Shown piece by piece: positions 27,917 to 37,791 of a stretch of 64,000 nucleotides of DNA. Position 1 is the first letter of the stretch, and the number at the start of each line of letters is the position of its first letter. The DNA is from a virus (lineage: Duplodnaviria > Caudoviricetes): positions 1 through 64,000 of IMG/VR virus record IMGVR_UViG_3300020577_006613. One strand, written 5' to 3'. The notes below the pieces were generated by a model. It saw only the letters and a program-made list of their open reading frames with translations. It made no database searches and was not told the DNA's origin. A program made the translations under genes and the position numbers.

Positions 27917-28669
27917 ATGAACTGGTCTATTCTCCAAAATCTCCCGAACGAACCCTTTATGCCTGAAAAGCAGGCTAAGGGAACTCGAATCCTTGCAGGA
28001 GCAACTGCTCAGGCATACTTCAACCTGCAAGTTGATTTTACAGCCATTGCTCAAGGCTTTGGCTGTAGCCTCGTTATTCTTCCTGTTGTTGAGCCTTCCC
28101 AAATCTATACAGATAAGGCTGGTCAGGAAGTTCTTGGTCAAATGTACACCTTTAAGGACAGAGGCGATAGGGACTTGTGCCTCCGTCCTGAAGCTACAGC
28201 GACCTGTCAGCTTCTTGCTCAAAGTACCTTCAAGACCTTTAGGGACTTGAAGTTGTGCTATTGGCAAAAGTGCTTCAGGTACGAAAGGCCACAAGCTGGT
28301 CGTTATCGTGAGTTCACTCAATTTGGAGTTGAAGTTCTCAACCCAACAAGAGATTGGACGGACGACCTGATTAAGCTTGCTGAGAATATGCTCCAAAGAG
28401 CAGTTCGCAAGCCCTGGAAGACAACTCGCGGAGTAAAGCGAGGTCTTGGCATTTACAACGCTGACGGCTTTGAGATCCAGATTGAAGAACTTGGCGCTCA
28501 GAAGCAAGTGGTAGGCGGCGGGCCATATGATAATGGGCAAGGTTTTGCCATTGGTGTTGATCGCCTTCTTTGCGTAGAAGGAACGATTGAAGACTGGTCT
28601 GGCGAAGAAACCATCAAAACCAGGCTCGAAAACGAGTGGCCTTGGAACAAGGGGAAGAGCAATGTTTGA
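27917..28669 (+). CDS. hisS: Histidyl-tRNA synthetase catalytic core without anticodon-binding domain
   Basis: LRPEAT, FRYERPQAGRYREFTQFGVE, GGG.YD, GFAIGVDRL; only 250 aa. Confidence 0.8.
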   Translation: MNWSILQNLPNEPFMPEKQAKGTRILAGATAQAYFNLQVDFTAIAQGFGCSLVILPVVEPSQIYTDKAGQEVLGQMYTFKDRGDRDLCLRPEATATCQLLAQSTFKTFRDLKLCYWQKCFRYERPQAGRYREFTQFGVEVLNPTRDWTDDLIKLAENMLQRAVRKPWKTTRGVKRGLGIYNADGFEIQIEELGAQKQVVGGGPYDNGQGFAIGVDRLLCVEGTIEDWSGEETIKTRLENEWPWNKGKSNV

Positions 28670-29639
28670 ACGATTTACGGATCGAGCAAGAAAGGTTATG
28701 GCTCTTTCAAACCAGGAATGCCAGATCCTAAACCACGAGTGCATTGATACTGAGCATATACTGCTTGGTCTTATCAAAGAAGGCGGAGGCGTTGCAGCTA
28801 ACGTTCTCAAGAATCTTGGCATTGATCTGCGAGAAGCACGCATCGCTGTAACCAGTCTCGTTCAACCTGGTGCTGAAATCGTAACTATGGGGAAACTTCC
28901 GCAAAGCCCCAAGGCTAAGAAAGTAATCAACAGCGCAATTGATTCAGCAAGAGACCTCGGCCACAATTATGTTGGTACTGAGCATCTTTTGCTTGGATTG
29001 ATCTCGCAAAGCGATGGAATGGCCTGTAAAGTCCTTTCAGGATTTGGACTTACAACAGAGGCAATCAAAAACGAAACCGTTAGGTTGCTTGGAGTTTCTG
29101 TCAATCAGTCAATATCCGTAACTCCCGTAACCAGTCAAGATAAAATCGAAGCCCTTGCTGTTCGAGGTCATGCTGGTCAAAAGCGCAGCGATGGGACTGA
29201 CTACATCGAGCATCCTCGTTCGGTAAGAAATCGCCTTATTCGTTGCGGCATCAACGACAACGTTGTTTTATCAACAGCGCTGTTGCACGATCTGCTCGAA
29301 GATACAACAATCACCGAGAAAGAAATCGAAGAAGTTGCTGGTTCAGAGGTTCTTGAAGCGGTTAAGCAGCTTACAAACAAGGTTCCAAATGGGACTTCTT
29401 TCGCTGCCAAAACCGCTCAAATGCTTGAGCATGCAAAGCATTACAACGATGTTGCAAAAAGAGTCAAACTTGCGGATCGCTATGACAACCTTGCGGATGC
29501 TGTTTGGACATGGCAACCCGAAAGAGTAAAGCGATACGCCAAAGCAGGATTACAACTTCTTGATGTCATGGAGCCGTTTCCTGACGACATTACAGGGTTT
29601 GCGGTTGAAGCTCGCCGCTTTTTTTCATGTCTTGCCTAA
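28662..29639 (+). CDS. ClpC N-terminal domain fused to a RelA/SpoT-type HD hydrolase (SAH/Mesh1-like)
   Basis: MFERFTDRARKVM..TEHILLGL; HAGQKR..Y..HP, LLHDLLEDT, VKLADR.DN. Confidence 0.85.
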   Translation: MFERFTDRARKVMALSNQECQILNHECIDTEHILLGLIKEGGGVAANVLKNLGIDLREARIAVTSLVQPGAEIVTMGKLPQSPKAKKVINSAIDSARDLGHNYVGTEHLLLGLISQSDGMACKVLSGFGLTTEAIKNETVRLLGVSVNQSISVTPVTSQDKIEALAVRGHAGQKRSDGTDYIEHPRSVRNRLIRCGINDNVVLSTALLHDLLEDTTITEKEIEEVAGSEVLEAVKQLTNKVPNGTSFAAKTAQMLEHAKHYNDVAKRVKLADRYDNLADAVWTWQPERVKRYAKAGLQLLDVMEPFPDDITGFAVEARRFFSCLA

Positions 29640-30202
29640 TGAAGTACACTACCAAAGAACTCGGACTGATCTTTGTAGAGGCGGTTAACGGCTCTCAACA
29701 ACACTCTAAAGAGTTTGTTGAGGAAATAACACCCTACATTAGAAAGATAGTTTTCTCGAACAGAGTTAACGCTACTGATGTTGACGACATTATTCAGGAC
29801 GTTTTCTTTCGACTTTTCTCTCATGGCAAGTCATTCGATCCAGAAAAGGGAACCATAACTGGATGGGCCTCGGCGATAACAGGTAGAACCCTTGTTGATC
29901 GTTATAGAAGAGAGAAGAAGCGCAAGGAAGATGTTCCTTTTATCGGAGAGGAAGGGTTTGTTCGTAAGAACAGTAGAATGGAAGAAAGCGAAAGAGCCTT
30001 TTTCCTGTTTTCTATTTTCAGCCCTACGATGTCTGAAAGAGAACGTGATTTTGTGAAACTGCATTTCTTTGAGGGATACAGCTACGAAGAATGCTCAAAG
30101 GCAATGAACATTCCAAGCGGAACGCTTAAGTCAGCGGTCAGCAGGATGTATAATCGTTTCAGAGATGTTGTAAAAGAAGAAAAGGGAGTTCTGGTTTCAT
30201 GA
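29639..30202 (+). CDS. ECF-type RNA polymerase sigma factor
   Basis: DDIIQDVF, FDP..G...W (region 2); LHFFEGYSYEECS..MNIPSGTLKS (region 4). Confidence 0.85.
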   Translation: MKYTTKELGLIFVEAVNGSQQHSKEFVEEITPYIRKIVFSNRVNATDVDDIIQDVFFRLFSHGKSFDPEKGTITGWASAITGRTLVDRYRREKKRKEDVPFIGEEGFVRKNSRMEESERAFFLFSIFSPTMSERERDFVKLHFFEGYSYEECSKAMNIPSGTLKSAVSRMYNRFRDVVKEEKGVLVS

Positions 30203-31203
30203 AGACTACTCAACCCAAGATCAAGGCTAATCCGCAGGAAATCAGAGTTTTTTCTGGTCTTCACTCTGGAGATATTACATCCAAAGTATGCGACCATCTT
30301 GGTATTGGGGTTGGAAAGTCAAAGACTGAAATCTTTCCTGATGGAGAGGTTCTTGTAAGAGTTGATGAAGATGTCAGAGGACGAAACTGCTTCGTTCTTC
30401 TTTCAACATGCGCTCCGACAAACGACAACCTGATGGAGCTTATGATCTTCATTGATTGTTTGCGGCGCTCTTCTGCCAAGCAAATCATTCCTGTGATGCC
30501 TTACTTTGGTTACGCTCGACAGGACCGTAAGGACAAGGGCAGAGTTCCGATTACGGCCAAGCTGGTTGCTAACATTCTCACAGAAGCTGGTGCTGACAGA
30601 ATCATTGCTGTCGATCTTCATGCTGCTCAGATTCAGGGTTTCTTTGATATCCCTGTTGACCATTTGAGCGCAACTCCTGTTTTCCTTGAGTATTTCGATG
30701 AACGCAGAGAAGAACTTGGCGACCTTTGCCTTGTCTCTCCTGACGTTGGTAACGTCAAGGTTGCCGAAGCAATGGCAAACATGCTCGATGGCGACCTTGC
30801 AATTATCAACAAGAAGAGAGAAAGAGGAGACAAGGTTGTTACTGATCGCCGTATCATCGGTAACGTCAAAGACAAGACCGTTCTCATGTTTGATGACATG
30901 ATCTCAACAGCAGGAACCGTTTGTCAAGCCGCCGAGTTGGTTGTTGCTGAGGGAGCCAAGAGAGTTATTGCTGCTGCAACTCATGGAGTCTTTTCTGGCC
31001 CTGCTATTGAAAGACTCGTCTCAAGTAGCATTGATCAGGTCATCACAACCAATACTATTCCAACCGCATCCAAGCCAGGCGATGTTTGTGAGAAGTTTGT
31101 CAATCTTTGCGTTAGCAGGCTTCTCGCTGAATCAATTTATCGTGTTCACAACAATCTTTCTGTAAGTGAACTTTTTTCCCGCACCGCAGGTGTTAAGAGA
31201 TAA
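30199..31203 (+). CDS. prs: Ribose-phosphate pyrophosphokinase
   Basis: FPDGE, PYFGYARQDR, DLHAAQIQGFF, DDMISTAGT. Confidence 0.93.
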   Translation: MKTTQPKIKANPQEIRVFSGLHSGDITSKVCDHLGIGVGKSKTEIFPDGEVLVRVDEDVRGRNCFVLLSTCAPTNDNLMELMIFIDCLRRSSAKQIIPVMPYFGYARQDRKDKGRVPITAKLVANILTEAGADRIIAVDLHAAQIQGFFDIPVDHLSATPVFLEYFDERREELGDLCLVSPDVGNVKVAEAMANMLDGDLAIINKKRERGDKVVTDRRIIGNVKDKTVLMFDDMISTAGTVCQAAELVVAEGAKRVIAAATHGVFSGPAIERLVSSSIDQVITTNTIPTASKPGDVCEKFVNLCVSRLLAESIYRVHNNLSVSELFSRTAGVKR

Positions 31204-31205
31204 TC

Positions 31206-31883
31206 ATGCTGTATGAACTTATTGTTTTCGGAGGATTGTGGTTTTGGATCATTGCTGCAATCGCTTTCATTGCGCTTCTCATTGAGATCGTAAATGAGAA
31301 GTTTGTGGCCGCTTTTTTTACCATGCTTGCTTTTGCGGCAATCATTGTCGGATTCTCCAACGTTAACTGGCATTGGTTCGTTGAGAATAAGGTAACGCTC
31401 TTTTACGCCGCCGGACTTTACCTGGTGGCCGCTGTTGTTACGTCGGTTGTCAAGTGGTACTTCTACGGTCGGGACGCTAGAGAGAATTACAACAAGTTCC
31501 GCGCCAATTTCCTGTCGAAAAGGGGGCTTTCGGACACAAGTTCGATTCCTGAAGAACATCGAGTTGAGTGGTCCTCGAATTTGCGAGATTTCATTGTAAC
31601 TTCTTCCTACTCTCAAAATACCACTATATATTCTCACACGATCATAACTCCTGAGCATCTCATTCCTCAAGCTCGCCATCATAAGGCTCTTATTACGGGC
31701 TGGATGGCATGGTGGCCTTTTGTTGCCTTCTGGTCGCTCTTTGATGATTTCTTCCGTCGTCTTTGGGAAGTTATCTATCGCCTTTGCTCTAGAGGCTACC
31801 AGAGAATCTCCAACATGGCCTTTAGCGGAGTAGAAGCCGACTTCGTTGGCATTAACAAAAAGACTGGCCGTGAAAACAGTTGA
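31206..31883 (+). CDS. Membrane protein
   Basis: Several hydrophobic helices. Confidence 0.65.
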   Translation: MLYELIVFGGLWFWIIAAIAFIALLIEIVNEKFVAAFFTMLAFAAIIVGFSNVNWHWFVENKVTLFYAAGLYLVAAVVTSVVKWYFYGRDARENYNKFRANFLSKRGLSDTSSIPEEHRVEWSSNLRDFIVTSSYSQNTTIYSHTIITPEHLIPQARHHKALITGWMAWWPFVAFWSLFDDFFRRLWEVIYRLCSRGYQRISNMAFSGVEADFVGINKKTGRENS

Positions 31884-31915
31884 AAACGTAGTTTTTTGAC
31901 GATAAGAGAGCCAGC

Positions 31916-32194
31916 ATGACTGATAAAGGTCCATTCTCAAACTCGAAAAAGCCAAACTATTCCCATGTAGCATGGAAGCTTTGGATAGCGGACAAGATTC
32001 GCACTATTCGAGAAGAGAAGGGATGTTGCATCAGCATGCTGTCTCTGCTTTCTTCTTTAGAAGAAGAGTACCTGCATAGGGTAGAAACAGCAGAGATCGG
32101 CCCTTCAAGCGCTGCATTGACTAAGATTAGCATGGCTCTTGGAGTACCTCGTTCAACCTTCGATACCCCTCAAGACTTCCTGGCAGACGAATAA
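31916..32194 (+). CDS. XRE-type HTH protein
   Basis: IRTIREEKG..YL.RVE...PS..L.KI..ALGV. Confidence 0.6.
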   Translation: MTDKGPFSNSKKPNYSHVAWKLWIADKIRTIREEKGCCISMLSLLSSLEEEYLHRVETAEIGPSSAALTKISMALGVPRSTFDTPQDFLADE

Positions 32195-32208
32195 GACAAG
32201 GATGATAT

Positions 32209-33156
32209 ATGGCAGGTATTTGCATATGGCTAACAGGGCTACCCTCTTCTGGAAAAACAACTCTTGCAAGAGAAATCTGCGCTGAACTCAAGGCGCAAAA
32301 CATTAAGCACGACATGCTTGATGGTGATGAGCTTCGGGCTTTGTATACAAAGGCTTTAGGTTTTTCGAAAGAAGACCGAATTGAAAATGCAAAGACTGTT
32401 AGCTACCTTGTTTCCAAGATAGTCAAGCATGATGGCGTTGCTGTAGTCAGCCTCATCTCTCCGTATCAGGTAACAAGAGAGCATGCTCGAAAGTTTGTAG
32501 AGGCCGAAGGTGGAACTTTCATTGAAGTTTTTGTTGATGCTCCTGTTGAGGAATGCATCAAGAGAGATGTAAAGGGTCTTTACAAGAAGGCTCTTAGCGG
32601 AGAGATCAAGAACTTCACTGGCGTTGACGATCCATACGAGCCTCCTACCAATCCAGACATTCATCTCAAGACTAACGAATTGAGCATCCACCAGTGTATG
32701 CTTGTTATCTTGGGCCATCTTGCTTCTATGGGACGATTTCCCGTTGAGGACAACTCTGCTCCTAGAGCCTTGTTTATTGGAAGATGGCAACCTTTCCATA
32801 ACGGGCACGATTACATCATCAGGCAAAAACTGGATGAAGGGAAGCCTGTTTTGATTGCTGTCAGAGACACTCCTATTGACGACAAGAATCCATTTACTGT
32901 GCAGCAACGAATGGATATGATTCGCCTCGCCTATGCTGGTGACGATGTTAGGGTCATCTGTATACCTGACATTGAAAGCGTCAACATTGGAAGAGGCGTC
33001 GGGTACGACGTAAACGAGTACAAGGTTCCAGAAGACATTGAGGGCATTTCTGCGACTCAGATCCGGCAAGCATTAGCCACCTTTGACTGGGAGAAGATAG
33101 AAAGAACCGTTCCTCAAGGCGTTTCCTTGTATTTGAAGAAACTCTACTCAAGGTGA
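32209..33156 (+). CDS. cysC: Adenylyl-sulfate kinase fused to a cytidylyltransferase-like domain
   Basis: WLTGLPSSGKTT, LDGD, RDVKGLY, FTGVDDPYEPP; FIGRWQPFHNGH and ISAT. Confidence 0.88.
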   Translation: MAGICIWLTGLPSSGKTTLAREICAELKAQNIKHDMLDGDELRALYTKALGFSKEDRIENAKTVSYLVSKIVKHDGVAVVSLISPYQVTREHARKFVEAEGGTFIEVFVDAPVEECIKRDVKGLYKKALSGEIKNFTGVDDPYEPPTNPDIHLKTNELSIHQCMLVILGHLASMGRFPVEDNSAPRALFIGRWQPFHNGHDYIIRQKLDEGKPVLIAVRDTPIDDKNPFTVQQRMDMIRLAYAGDDVRVICIPDIESVNIGRGVGYDVNEYKVPEDIEGISATQIRQALATFDWEKIERTVPQGVSLYLKKLYSR

Positions 33157-33160
33157 TCTC

Positions 33161-33526
33161 ATGAATCGTTTATTTGCAGGAATACTGGCATCTTCTTTGG
33201 CTTTTGTTGCTGGTTGCAGCGATGAATACAGTATTCCTAATCCTCCCCTCACAAAGGGAGTGGTAATCAACAAGGAATTCATTGCTTCCCAGTCCGTTCC
33301 TGTTGCTGATGTTTTAAGGAAAACTAACCACACAATTCAGGTATATGAGTCCACCCCTGAAATGTACCTCATTTCCATACAAACTCAAGAGGGAACCAGG
33401 GGCGGCTACAAGATTTATAGCCGAAGCTACTACAAGGTTTCTCCTATGCTCTTTGGAGAGCTTCAAATTGGGCAGGAAGTTGACTTTAAGGACAACAAAG
33501 ACGCTACGCCCGCCGATGTCAAGTAA
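33161..33526 (+). CDS. Putative lipoprotein
   Basis: Signal peptide ending VAGC. Confidence 0.55.
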   Translation: MNRLFAGILASSLAFVAGCSDEYSIPNPPLTKGVVINKEFIASQSVPVADVLRKTNHTIQVYESTPEMYLISIQTQEGTRGGYKIYSRSYYKVSPMLFGELQIGQEVDFKDNKDATPADVK

Positions 33527-33561
33527 AGTCACAAAAAGCACCTGAATCGTGATTTTTTGAC

Positions 33562-33589
33562 TTGACAAGAAGGATTTGGCCGATATACT
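33562..33589 (+). promoter_or_regulatory. Sigma70-like promoter upstream of the tRNA-Glu cluster
   Basis: TTGACA-N16-TATACT. Confidence 0.6.
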
Positions 33590-33724
33590 TTGTACAAGAG
33601 TGATACCATGAACAGCAGCAACCTCCATGAATCTGAACAGAGGAACTTCCGAGAACGTCGCTAAGCGACTTCGGAAGCTGCATTGGCTCGCCATATAAGG
33701 CTTGAGCCTACCGACTCAAAACTT

Positions 33725-33796
33725 GGGCCTATCGTCTAGCGGCTAGGACACGACCCTTTCAAGGTTGTAACCGGGGTTCGATTCCCCGTAGGCTCA
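33725..33796 (+). tRNA. tRNA-Glu (UUC)
   Basis: Canonical cloverleaf, anticodon loop CTTTCAA. Confidence 0.92.
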
Positions 33797-33816
33797 TTCG
33801 TTTTCAGGTATATTTC

Positions 33817-33888
33817 GGCCTTGTAGCATTATGGGTAGATCGGGATCCTCTCAAGATCCAGGACCGAGTTCGAGTCTCGGCAAGGTCA
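33817..33888 (+). tRNA. tRNA-Glu (CUC), atypical D arm
   Basis: GGCCTTG/CAAGGTC acceptor, GGATC-CTCTCAA-GATCC, CCGAG-TTCGAGT-CTCGG. Confidence 0.8.
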
Positions 33889-33949
33889 TTAAAGTTTTGT
33901 ACCCTAAATGTCGATATCCTAAATAAGGGTTCGATTTTAGGAGTATAAA

Positions 33950-34636
33950 ATGAGATATAAGGAAATGCAGGAAGCTAGAATTCTTAGACAAAGAGATGGA
34001 TTGCCAATTAGAGAAATAGCAGAAAAATTAGGTGTTGCAAGAAGTTCAGTAAGTCTTTGGGTTCGAGATATTGAACTTTCGGAACAACAAAAACAGTCTT
34101 TGTTAGAAAAGAATCCTGCCTATAGTAGACAACTAGAAGGCGGAAAAGTTAAGAAAGAAATCTACAGAAAAGAAAGAACTGCTTATCAACAAGAAGGAAG
34201 AGGATTGGTAAGAGAAAGATCATTTCAAACAATGCTAGCTTTTTGTGCTGGTTTGTATTGGGGTGAAGGAGGTAAAAATAGGAATGTCTTGACAGTTACA
34301 AATACTGATCCTCAGCTTCTTTCTATATTTACTTCTTTTTTGAAAGATCATTTTGATATTCAACCAAAACAAATAACTCTAAGTATTCAACTTCAAGCAA
34401 GTAATGAAAAAACTATCGAAGAAGTTGAACAGTATTGGCTAAATATACTAAATCTTCCTACAAGTAGTTTGCGAAAAAGCATAAGAAAAGCCAGTCCAAC
34501 AAGAATATGGAAGAAGAATTCAAAATATCCAAACGGGATATGTCGAATAACTGTTTGTAATACAGGGTTAGTACAGAAGATTTTTGGAGCGATAAAAGAG
34601 ATTGCAAATATTCAAGATGATAGATGGATAGATTAA
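33950..34636 (+). mobile_element. HTH plus LAGLIDADG-like homing endonuclease
   Basis: N-terminal IREIAEKLGVARSSVSLW, AGLYWGEG, TNTD; AT-rich; sits between tRNA genes. Confidence 0.7.
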
Positions 34637-34643
34637 TTTAGTC

Positions 34644-34718
34644 GGGGCAGAATACAAAGCGGATCGAGTACCATGCCTTTCAAGCATGTCCTAACGGGTT
34701 CAAGTCCCGTCTGCCTCA
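34644..34718 (+). tRNA. tRNA-Glu (UUC), atypical D arm
   Basis: GGGGCAG/CTGCCTC acceptor, CATGC-CTTTCAA-GCATG, ACGGG-TTCAAGT-CCCGT; A at position 8. Confidence 0.8.
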
Positions 34719-35108
34719 TTATGAAGAAGAAAGTAATAAAAAAGTATTGGTATTTCACTGAAATAACCGAATGCGTACTTTGCGGCTGTGGTGATTCTGT
34801 CAAATTCAGGAAGCCTGGCAAGAAACCAAAAAATCCAAACAAGCGCTACTCGTACAAGCAAACTGCATGTAGCGAGCATTTCATATGAAAAGAATACTCT
34901 CGAAAGACGAGTTAGAAAAGCTTCCTACTCCTAGGTTGCTTGCATACAAGAAAAGCCTTCCTTATCCGCGCAGAAAATATGATACAGGCTTTCTTGATGA
35001 AAAAGAACTTGATAAGTTCAATCAGGAAAACATCATAAGAGAAAAGCGTATTCAAGAAGTCAAAGACATTATCTCAAAAAGAGAGCATGTACCAAAAAGG
35101 AAATAGAA

Positions 35109-35903
35109 ATGTCAACCATAGCAGCAAGCGCCGTCAAAGACCTCAGAGAACAAACCAACTGCCCCATGATCGATTGTAAGAAGGCATTGGTTGACGCTGG
35201 CGGAGACTTTGACGCAGCTAAGAACCTCCTACGAGAAAGACTTGGAAACTTAGATGTCACCAAGACTGATAGCGGTACTGAGGGTCTGATTGCCGGATGG
35301 TTGTCTCCTTTTTTCCGCGATAATGAATCAATCTACACCCTCATAGAGGTTGGAACAGAAACTGATTTCGCTGCAAAGAATCCAGAAATCATTGAGATTT
35401 CCAACACTATAGCTCGCATATCAACAACCCACCCAGAACAAGCTGAGGTGCTTCTTGCTAAGCTTCGAGCTATTACGGGGGAGAACATTGTTCTTCGCCG
35501 TAAGGAATCTCACAATGACGGTAGATCAAAGTGCGGATTTCTGTATATTCATCACGACAGGAAAAAGGCCGCTGTAGTTTTGTTCTCAGCTTTTATCGAA
35601 GAAGAAATCGCTAAGAATGTTGCAATGCATATTGTAGCAACTACGCCTTCTCCTGCCTGTATTAAAACAGAAGACGTTCCTGCGGACAAGGTTGAGGCTG
35701 AAAGAGTTTTCTTGCAAGACAAGGCTAAAGCTTCTGGTAAACCAGGGGTTATTCAGAATAAGATTGTTGAGGGCGGACTTTCTAAGTTCCGTTCTAGCTT
35801 GTCCCTGCTTGAACAACCATTTGTCAAATACCCAAGCAAGAAGATTAAGGACATTCTTCCAAAGGATGTTGAGATAACGCATTTTGCTCGCTGGGAAATC
35901 TAA
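35109..35903 (+). CDS. tsf: Translation elongation factor Ts
   Basis: VKDLREQT....DCKKAL...GGDF..A, ETDF, AMHI.A, KIVEG, LLEQPFVK. Confidence 0.9.
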   Translation: MSTIAASAVKDLREQTNCPMIDCKKALVDAGGDFDAAKNLLRERLGNLDVTKTDSGTEGLIAGWLSPFFRDNESIYTLIEVGTETDFAAKNPEIIEISNTIARISTTHPEQAEVLLAKLRAITGENIVLRRKESHNDGRSKCGFLYIHHDRKKAAVVLFSAFIEEEIAKNVAMHIVATTPSPACIKTEDVPADKVEAERVFLQDKAKASGKPGVIQNKIVEGGLSKFRSSLSLLEQPFVKYPSKKIKDILPKDVEITHFARWEI

Positions 35904-36796
35904 TGATTCCGCTTGTAACTCGTATTGCTCCATCACCAACAGGAGACATGCATCTTGGAACCGCCAGGACTGCATACTTCAATTGGCTTGCTGCTCGTTC
36001 AACTGGCGGAACCTTTATTCTTCGAATTGACGACACAGACCTTGCTCGTTCTGATGACAAGTTCTCTCAAGTCATTCTTGACACTATGGATTGGCTTGGA
36101 CTTGATTATGACAAGCTGATCTATCAAAGCCAAAGGTTTGACGTTTATCGAGACGTAGCAGAGAAGCTGGTCAAAAACGGACAAGCCCAAAGAACGGATG
36201 ACGCAATCGTTTTGTTTCCTATTTATCCAGAGAACATTAACGATTCATGGCACGATGACATTGCCGGAAACGTTGTCATTTCTAATGACGACAAGAAGCA
36301 AATAGGCAACGGCATCGTACTTATCAAAGGCGACGGTAGCCCTACCTATCACTTTGCTTCTGTAGTTGATGACATTCAGTTTGGTATCAACTTTGTCATT
36401 CGAGGCAAGGACCATACAACGAATACTGCTCGCCAAGTGGCTCTGTATAGTTGTTTGAAGTTTGTTTTGCATGACTACAACTACAGTTTGCCTCGTTATG
36501 CTCATATTGGTCTTATCCGCAAGGATGGAGCAAAGCTTTCAAAAAGAGACGGCGCAGCAAGTATGCTCTCCTACAGAGAGAAGGGCTACGATTCTGACGC
36601 TATGCTTAACTTCATGGCTAGGCTTGGCTGGGGACCAACTGTTGATGATAAAACAACAACATTGCTTCCAAGAGAGAAGATGTTGCAGCTTTTCCTGTCT
36701 GGCGGAAAGATGAAGAATTCTGATGCCAATATGGACATGGCTAAGCTTGACTCTTTTGACAAGAAGTACAAAGGAAGAAAAAGAGTTCAAACATGA
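35903..36796 (+). CDS. Glutamyl-tRNA synthetase catalytic domain without anticodon-binding domain
   Basis: RIAPSPTG.MHLG, RIDDTD, YQSQR, PTYH...VDD, KLSKR; only 297 aa. Confidence 0.85.
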   Translation: MIPLVTRIAPSPTGDMHLGTARTAYFNWLAARSTGGTFILRIDDTDLARSDDKFSQVILDTMDWLGLDYDKLIYQSQRFDVYRDVAEKLVKNGQAQRTDDAIVLFPIYPENINDSWHDDIAGNVVISNDDKKQIGNGIVLIKGDGSPTYHFASVVDDIQFGINFVIRGKDHTTNTARQVALYSCLKFVLHDYNYSLPRYAHIGLIRKDGAKLSKRDGAASMLSYREKGYDSDAMLNFMARLGWGPTVDDKTTTLLPREKMLQLFLSGGKMKNSDANMDMAKLDSFDKKYKGRKRVQT

Positions 36797-37067
36797 AAAA
36801 GCAAGAACTTCTTAGATTGCTAGGAGAGTTGGCAGACGAAGCAAAAGGCTTTGGTGTATATGAACAATACAGCGAAGCTGGTGATTCTTTGTTAGCCTCT
36901 TCTGACCGAGTTTATGAGCTAGCAGAAGAAATTGTTATGCTTGTAACAGGCGAGAAACCAACAAAGAAAGACCTTGAGAAAGTATTGGCCGTCAGCGTTG
37001 GCGAAAAAGGATTGTACGATAGTGATTCCGAAGAAGAATAGAACAATCTAGCCGATATGGTAGAACT

Positions 37068-37141
37068 GCTCCTGTGGTATAACTGGATGTGCCTTCGCCT
37101 TCTAAGCGAAAGTTATGAGAGTTCGAGTCTCTCCGGGAGTG
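37068..37141 (+). tRNA. tRNA-Arg (UCU)
   Basis: TTCGC-CTTCTAA-GCGAA anticodon arm, GAGAG-TTCGAGT-CTCTC T arm. Confidence 0.88.
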
Positions 37142-37791
37142 CTTAAGTGGATATTGCTTACCCTATAACCTTGGTTGCTATTATCCTTGTCTTCATGCGA
37201 AGAGATAGGTATGATGGTATTTGCAGAAAACACGGATGTAGTCTGAAGATTGAACCTGGATCTGAATACAGTTACCAGTATTGCGAAATATGTGAAGAAG
37301 AGACTCGTAAAGAACGCCTATAGTTTGGGCGTTCTTTTCATTTGGAGAAAGAGTAAATGAAAAGGCCCGATCTTTCAAGCAGAGCAATTCAGGACAATGT
37401 TGGCGAGAACTATTTGAAGGTCAAAAAGAAGATGGAAGAAGCTGGTCTTTCAGTTTCTTGCGCAGAAGAAAAAGGAAATACCACTACAACCAACTCCAGG
37501 GGTAGTGATGTAGAGATTCGCTATGATAGGTACAATGGCGAGATCATAAGGATTTGGAGATCAGGATAACTGGTATGGCAAGTTTCATGGTTTACGAAAA
37601 GATCACGAAGAAACAACTCAAGCAAGTCACAAAAGACACAATAAAGGGCATCAAAAAGTGGTTTACCGACAACCCTAAGCGTAAGATATGTAACGCTCAG
37701 TGGGTCTATGGCGAAATGTTCAAGGTTCGCCGTAACTATATTGAGGAAGATGTCAACGAAATGTCAGGTAAAACAGATACAAAGTGATTAG

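Noticed and set aside
33615-33681. Hammerhead ribozyme
   Set aside because: A three-way junction is present, but the CUGANGA and GAAA core is not correctly formed.
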